Below are positions 20,240-27,167 of a DNA stretch of 27,167 nt, piece by piece. Where the stretch lies: assembly GCA_009602725.1 (NCBI GenBank), contig WELB01000030.1:750447-777613 (forward strand), read 5' to 3'. Source of the stretch: Spirogloea muscicola. Its lineage: Eukaryota. Positions within the stretch are counted from its first letter, which is position 1; every line of letters begins with the position of its first letter. The notes below the pieces were generated by a model, which was not told the DNA's origin, did not search any database, and was given only the letters and a program-made list of their open reading frames with translations. The position numbers and the translations under genes were made by a program.

Positions 20240-21595
20240 TACCGGCTCCTTCGGACCTTGTTAATTCCTCTTTGGGCTGGCCTTGTCATCCTTTTGCTTT
20301 CTCTGGCCCCTTCGAGCTTGCTTCGTTCTCTTTTTTGGGCTGGCCTCTCCCAGCCACCGCCCTCTACCGCCCCTCACAGAGCCACTCCTTCCACAGCCAT
20401 CGCCCCCATGGAAGAGCTTATTCGGTTGTCTGTCCTGTCACAAGGAGAAGGGCTCGCCCATAGAGGATAGGGGCTGGGAAACGCCAGCCCAAAAATGAAC
20501 GACCAAAGTGCGAGAAGGGGCCCGGGGAAGTACTAAGAACAGCCCTCGGCCAGAGCGTACTTTCTTCCGGCCCTTTCAGACCTTGTTCATTCCTTGCGGG
20601 CTGGCCTCTTGCAGCCATTCCCTTACAACGGAAGAGCTGTTTCGTCTGGAACTGGCCTCTAGCAGCCCTCGCTTTCCAATGGAAGAGCTGCTTTCGTGCT
20701 GGGGCTGGCCTGTCACAGCCATTGCCTTTCAATAGTAGAGCTATTTCTTCTTTCACAGCCATCGCCCTCTTGTGCTCACCGCGCTCTGCACCAAGGGGAC
20801 TGCTTTCCGGCGGCCAGTCTTTGTGAGTTGCGGCTACCCACTAAAGGTCACTAGTAAGTGATCGTCCTACGTGGTCCTTGCTCACTTGTATTTTGCAGCG
20901 CTTGTCATCCCCCTTCGGTGACCCCTTCGGTGTCAATCCTTGTCGGGCTGGCCATTCACTGTCCCCTCGCCAACTCTCTTCTCTTCGCTTGTCGGCCCCT
21001 CCGAGCCCTGGTCAATTCTTTTTGGGCTGGCTTATCACAGCCCTTGCCCCCATTTGGAGTGCCACTTCTTCTCTGCGTCGAAGTCGCTCTCGGAGCAACT
21101 CGTGACGAGGGTTCGGCGTGCGCTCCCGGAGAGTGCAGGCGGGGCAAATGGCGGCACGTGGTCCACGTCGCGCCGGGCCGTCGGGGAAGGCCGTCGCCGC
21201 CGACGGGCAGGCGGCGCCGCGCCCGACGCGCGAGCCTGGCCGCGGACGTGGCGGGTGCGGCGCACATGGCCGCGATCCCGGCCGCGGCGAGGGGCCCGGC
21301 AAGGCGCCCGGTGGGCAGGCGGGGAGGGAGGGGCAGGCCCCCCCCTGTCCACGTGCCGGGAGAGCCCTCGCTGCTGCCTCTGGCTCTGTCCAGGGGACCC
21401 ACTTCCAGGACCCTAGCCTCTCTGATTTGCGGCTGCTTAGCAGGGGTTACTGAGTGATTTGTAGCTGCTTTCTTTCTTTGTGTGCTTTGGTTTCTTAGCG
21501 CTTCCTCTGGCTTCCTCTGGCCCCCTTCTCGTTCTTTGTTCATTCTTTTTTGGGCTGGCTTGTCCAGCCCCTATCCTCAATGGGCGAGCCCTTTC
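20240..21595. repeat. Array of degenerate ~50-bp units with a ~90-bp inverted repeat (probable transposon subterminal region)
   Basis: Approximate consensus TTTGGGCTGGCCTCTCACAGCCATCGCCCTCCAATGGAAGAGCTGTTTC, with copies near 20271, 20334, 20391, 20598, 20648, 20700, 20753, 20945, 21021 and 21549. 20448-20538 is the reverse complement of ~21494-21593. Confidence 0.8.
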
Positions 21596-21780
21596 TTCCT
21601 TCCTGTCCACCCCCCTCCGCATCCCAGCTCTCCGAGTCAGCTCCCGGCCCCCCCCCCCCCCGCCGTGGTGGCGGCGCGGCGGGGTCCGGCGTCCCCCTGC
21701 GCGGCCAGCTCTCCCGGGCCATGCGCCCGCCGAGCTCCAGCTCCAGCTCCAGCTCGCCTTGACGACGGCCCCCCCTCCCG

Positions 21781-24700
21781 ATGAGCGCCCGCACCCGCAT
21801 GGGGCTCCGCTCCCCGGCCGCCCGTCTCGCGGCCCTGCTCGGGCTCCTGCTCCTTCTCGGCGCCGCCGCCGCGCCGCCGTCCCGCGCCCGCCGGCTCCCA
21901 GCAGCAGGCGATCCCGCTGAGGGAGGAGCCGGCGCCCTGAGGGCCTCCCGAGCGGCCGCGGCCCGCGGAGGGGCGGTCATCTCGGAGGACGCGCGCTCGC
22001 ACAGCGCGGCCGGTGGCGCGCCCGACGACCGTCGCGGCAGCTTCCTGGGGCTCGCCGCCTGGCTTGATGGCGGCCGCAACCCTGAGCTGCTTGCCAACGC
22101 CCGTGCTCTCGACCGCTCGAGACATTTTCCGGTGAGCTCGTAGATTGAGTAATAATAGTAATACCTCGCCGTTCTGCCCTGGAGCCCGCTGTAATGCTGC
22201 AGCACATCCTGCAGCTGCCACAAGCAGCTGGCCGTATCGAGCTGGGTTCGCATTTTCGGGGCTTTGGGGAATCTGTTCCATGGTTCCTGGGCGTCGTTTG
22301 CCCTGGGACGCTGCAAAAGCAGTGCTTGCTCTCATGATCTTGCTGCTGCGTGTAGTTGGGCAGCATCGCCGAGGTATCGAGTAAATGAAGACATTCACCT
22401 AAAGACCTGAAGAATGTGTGTAGCTTGCTGCGGAGGACATTATTCACGTTCTGAGCTGTGGACACAGCTCATTGGGGAGGATACACAGTACCCGTCGAAA
22501 CGTCAGATACCAGGCACAATAGAGTGTACGACCACACCGTTTGCTTTCACCGACGTGCAGGGAGGAATGATCTCGAAGTAAACACACAGCGAGGCTGCTT
22601 GCCTGCAGGCCTTCCCTTTCGACCCCCGGATAGCGATAGCAACCGGGCTGGCATTTGTCGGCGCCGCGCTGGCAAATGCTGGTGGAGTTGGTGGCGGCGG
22701 CCTCTTTGTGCCCATGTTCAACCTCCTCCTGAATTTCGATGCCAAGACCTCGGCGGCCCTCTCCAAAGGTGGCCACCACAACCAAGCAGCTTGGTACCAG
22801 ATGCATGGCCTGGCTGGCATCCCTGGCAGCTGCATCTTCAGCAGCTCGATCCGTTCTCCTCAAGATATGACCTCGTGAATGTCGTGCTTGCAGCCATGAT
22901 CATGTGTGGCATGATCGCCAGCTTCGTGTTCAATGTCCAGCTCAAGCACCCGACGCTGAATCGGCCACTGATAGACTACGACATTGCCCTGCTACTTCAG
23001 CCACTCCTGCTACTCGGAATCAGTGTTGGTGTTAGCTGCAATGTCATGTTCCCGCCCTGGCTCATCATCTTCCTCCTTACTGTCCTCCTGCTGCGTGAGT
23101 GCCGGGGGGCAAGCTGGAGTTGCATTGCCAGCAACTTTGCACCATAAACCCAAAATGACGCTACTTGCCAAACTAGAGGTAGCCCTGGCAAAGGGCTACA
23201 TTCAATCAGCTCAGATTGTCATCAGCGGTATGCATGGCCCCTGATGGCATGCTGGAATACCTCTTGCAGTCCGTCTGCATGTACTAAGAGCTGTTGTTTG
23301 TGCAATACACGCAGTCATGTCATACAAGACCATTGGCACGGGCATCAAGACATGGAAGAAAGAGACACGTCACTTGCAGGATAAGATGTTGCGGTCTAGC
23401 AGCTTCAGGAGGCCAAATGAGGACGTTCAGCACCAGCGTCTCAGCGGCAAGTCACCTCGCAGCCTCAAAGCCTCTAAAGTCATACTCTCCACAACAAGTT
23501 AGGGTCTAGGACAAAAGGGCTTAAGCCAGTCAGTGCCAGGGCCGGCTATGCAGGGCTAGACGATCTTGTGGAACCGTCTACTCGCACTCAAGCTGTAGCC
23601 AGTGGAGGTCATGTTTTGCAGAGGATGAAGAGCCTGCTGAGGGTCAGTACAACACGTTGCCATCAGAGGAGAAGGATGTCGACGACTGGCCCACGTATGT
23701 GAGCGTGGCAGATTCTGGCATGCTCGTTGAGGAGAAGCAAGAAGTTGATGCCAGTGTAATCGAGCAAGGCTCCCTTGAGCAGGGTCTTCTACATGGAACT
23801 CCAAAGCCTGCGTTCAAGCGTACCCCCTCATTCCTAGAGAACCTGCACATTGGCAAGCCACTCGAGGTAACGTAGAATATGTGAACGACCTTATGATTGA
23901 GTCACTGTGCTGACATTGGTGGGCCAATAATTATTGTATCTGACATCAAGGATTCAACAATATGTTCACAGTTGAAGTCCACGTTGCAGACAGAAGTGGT
24001 GTTTGTCTCATGGGCAGTGGTAGGGATGTACAGTATAGCGAAAGGTCTCCTGAGCAGCATATTCTAGAAGGCTACTCAGGATGGTCAACAATGACAAATG
24101 GATTGCACTCGCTGAGAAAGATGCCATGAAGGTCAGACCTCTTCGTAGTTGTGATACAGTCATGGAGGTGGTTGCTGATGGTGAGCAGTGCCACAAGCTT
24201 TGCAGAAACCAATTCAGATGGTCAACTGGTCTGCCGTCCTTGTTCTCTGCTTCGTCTGGATCTGCTTCCTTGCAGTGCAGATTCTCAAGGTGCTCCTCTG
24301 TGCAGTCCTCATCAGCCTCCTAGCAAGTAGCAAATCGCAGTATTTGGCCTGGTATTGCAAATAGTGTAGCATCTTCAATTTTCTGGTCACCTGTCTGGAA
24401 CTCCTGCGCATGGCGTCCTCTCTCGCTAAAAGCAGTGCAGGGAGCTGGTGATCTTGTCACAACCATTAAGTATGGTAAAGTTAAAGTGTCTGCCAGGAAT
24501 ACTCTCCTCATCGTTCTAATTCACTCTCAGGACTGTGTGTTGGATATGCAGGTGCATTCTCCAGTCTGCGGGCCTGTCTACTGGCTGCTGAACTTCTTGC
24601 AGGTTGCATCAGACACGCCGCGCAGCAATTTCTCCCCCTTTTTGCACCCCAGTTGCCCCTGCTTGGTGACGTAGTCATTCAGCTACACCTCTGCTGTTGC

Positions 24701-25618
24701 ATTCTCAAGCAAAGCCACAACTGGCTGCAAAGGCCGATGTAGTTGGTTGGAAGTAACAGAGCGTGGGGATGCAAGCTGAGGCAAGCTTGCTCATGCATGC
24801 AGATTCCTGTAGCTCTGGTGGCTACTGTGTATGGAGCAAGGAAGCTGCAGGCACTACACAGGCTGCGGCTGGCGGGCGATCACCCGCTGGGAGCATACAA
24901 GGCCGGGGAGGTGCAATGGGGGGCCGGCCAGGTGGCGATCTTTCCGCTGTATGCGTTAGTTGCTGGCACCATGGGCGGCCTGCTTGGCATCGGCGGCGGC
25001 ATGGTCATGGGCCCCGTGCTCCTGGAGCTCGGCATCCTCCCACAGGTGAAGGACTCACAGCATGTCAAGGTTTCGGGCTTCTAGATCACAAATAACTCAC
25101 ATGCCATGTGCTCTGCTGACTCTCTCTTCCCTCCCTGCCCTCTTCTTGGGGTCTTGTGTCAAACCAGGTGACATGTGCCACAACCGCCTTCATAGTGGTA
25201 TTCTCATCGTCCATGTCAGTGGCGGAGTTTTACCTCATGGGCAGGATACCCATTGACTACGCCCTTTACTTCTCTGCGGTCTGCATGGTGGCTGCACTTC
25301 TGGGCCTTTCAATTGTGCGCGCCGTGGTTGTGCGTTACGGCAAGGCATCCATTGTCATCTTCGCGCTTGCCACTGTCATAGGCGCCAGCGCAATTGTCAT
25401 GGGTATGGCCCTGAGCCCGTTTCTGTAAATATGTTTGCTATCCAGGCGGTGAGCACCTGTTCAGCAAGATGGCTTAGTATTGCTGTGAAGAGCACTGATT
25501 TGAGCTCTCTTTTCCTTGATCATTATTGCTTGGAACAGGCATCGTTGGTGGCGAGCGTATTTGGGAATCTTACCGACACGGCGATGACATGGGCTTTCAC
25601 AGCCTGTGCAGCAACTAG
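21781..25618 (+). CDS. Sulfite exporter TauE/SafE (TSUP) family membrane protein, plant type
   Basis: Exons 21781-22131 (signal-like LAALLGLLLLLGAAAA), 22609-22768 (ANAGGVGGGGLFVPM...FDAKTSAALSK), 22894-23094 (HP...RPLIDYDIALLLQPLLLLGISVGV..NVMFPPWL), 23315-23497 (GIKTWKKET), 23622-23866, 24206-24289, 24552-24602 (YWLLNFLQ), 24803-25045 (GGLLGIGGGMVMGPVLLELGILPQ), 25168-25402 (ATTAFIVVFSSSMSVAEFY) and 25539-25618 (MGFHSLCSN*). Confidence 0.94.
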
Positions 25619-25990
25619 GGCCATTAAGCTTATTATTAAGAATCAACTTCGTTCATTCATGGAGCTGATTATGTCGGTGCGACCACCATCACTGGTCGCA
25701 CCTCCCCTTGCTAAATACTTTTTGACCGCCATTGTACAACACCTGTAAGCAGTCCTGAGACAGCAGCTGATGATGTCCTCTTTCTGATGTAAAGCCCAGC
25801 AGACTTCAGAATCCCTTTAACAGGATATTGTTTGTGAGAGCTAGCTCAACCATTACATAGACGAGCAGACACCAGCCGGGGATTCTGCAATGGTACCTCC
25901 ACTGCAGATGTATCTAAATGTGCTACAGTTTTGAGGCACTTCAATGTTCTCTATCATGATGTCTGTATGTGTTTAGGTACAGTCGTGCTT

Positions 25991-27167
25991 CTACCAGGTT
26001 GAAGACTTGTTGCCTTTTGCCTGGGTGTAAATACGGTACGCTGCCAACCAGATGGTGCAATTACCAAAAACGGTGAAGAAGGCCTGAAGCTCCACCAGCA
26101 CCTGGTGATGTCGCCATCAGCATGCATGCAGGTCATTGCAGGCCTACCCTTCCATCCATCCTCATGTCGGACGTCACTATCTACTGTCTCTTCCTCTAAA
26201 CTTGGGCTATTATAAACCTAGAGAAGATGGGTCTCCAGTTCAGCCTCAAAAGAGTGAGTGTTGGCTTGGCATGCGGACTAAATCTGGCCTCATGGCACAA
26301 GCCCAAGCAGCAACTAGCATTGGCAACGACTGCCAGTTGACATTCATTGAGCGCGACTGCTTCAATGGCAGTCCATGAAGCATATACAGCTGTTGGTTGA
26401 TAGCAAACGCATGCAAGGAGGAAGCTGAAGATTGGAGTCAGCGGAGAGGGGGCTTCCTCTCCGGGGTGCACCATGAGGACGACACTGCAAGTACCTTACC
26501 TCAAGTGATGGGTTGTTGTAGAAGAAGTGCCACGTGCATGCGCACATCGCTCCAGCCAGAAGCGGAACCTGCGCTGGACTTAAGGGGTTCATGATGGCGC
26601 AGCTTCCACCTTAGCACGTAAAGACACAGCTAGTCTGAAATCTTCACAGGGCCAGTAGTTCAGCTGCAGGCAAGTCATTGTGGGAACAGTAGGCGAACGT
26701 GGATGGTTTATGGTGAAGCAAGCCTACCATTCCCCAGGCCAGGCCCTTCCAGGCTGACCTGCCCTCCACCTCGCCGTACCGCCAGACCAGCGCCATTGCC
26801 GTGAGCCTTTGTAGACTCACAGCGCATGCAGCATACCAAGGTCAGCACCAGCCAAGCCTCGCCTTGTCTAAGTGTCCCATACCCCAGCCTCTGGACACCC
26901 ACAAGCCCATTGCTGCGACTGAGCCTCAAAGTCTAGGAGCTGAGTACGCAGAGTCGACACAGCCGCCTGCAGCCAGTGCTCCAGCCGCAGCGAGGCTCGG
27001 CTCACCACTCGACGACACTAGCGACGTGGATGATCCACGTTGGAAGCGAGAGCGCGTTGCCGGGCTCTGCAGCTAGCGGCAGCGGCCACTCCGCCGCCGC
27101 TGCCGCCGTCGCGTGCGCCGCGCCCGGGCAGGCCACGACGGCGGCCACGGCAGCTGCCGCGGCGGCC
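25991..27167 (-). CDS. ycf49: Ycf49-like / DUF2499 plastid membrane protein, 5' end beyond the right edge of the window
   Basis: Exons >27167-27006 (...EPGNALSLPTWIIHVASVVEW), 26806-26728 (LTAMALVWRYGE...WKGLAWGM), 26568-26500 (VPLLAGAMCACTWHFFYNNPSLE) and 26101-25991 (VLVELQAFFTVFGNCTIWLAAYRIY...*). ALSLPTWIIHV and AMCACTWHFF are DUF2499 signatures. Most of this gene is missed by the ORF track. Confidence 0.92.

Noticed and set aside
20240..20770. CRISPR-like array
   Set aside because: Units are degenerate, irregularly spaced and lack unique spacers. The context is eukaryotic, with no cas genes.
21540..22398. Long minus-strand ORFs of 253-258 aa
   Set aside because: Antisense shadows of the GC-rich first exon of the TauE gene.

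Overview
Eukaryotic, intron-rich nuclear DNA of green-plant type, with GC-rich (GCC)n 5' ends and land-plant-like proteins. A streptophyte alga is plausible, but the species cannot be fixed from the sequence. Six spliced genes can be assembled by hand: ERD2/KDEL receptor (-, runs off the left end), organellar NDPK3 (+), NatC auxiliary subunit NAA35/MAK10 (+), TRAPPC13 (+), a TauE/SafE-family transporter (+) and a Ycf49/DUF2499 protein (-, starts beyond the right end). Two accessory intervals hold the unusual structure. (1) ~4.48-6.67 kb has a truncated PIF/Harbinger transposase ORF with duplicated exon-like units upstream. It faces a short convergent ORF with a structured promoter-like region, and the block lies between two diverged ~177-bp direct repeats. 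(2) ~17-21.6 kb has a Harbinger-like MITE with a 3-bp TSD that carries an inverted copy of its own family, a possible decayed coding relic, and an array of ~50-bp units with a ~90-bp inverted repeat. Single Ns at 6346 and 13549 probably mark assembly gaps. No tRNA, rRNA or CRISPR array is supported. All identifications rest on recognised motifs and manual splicing, not database searches.
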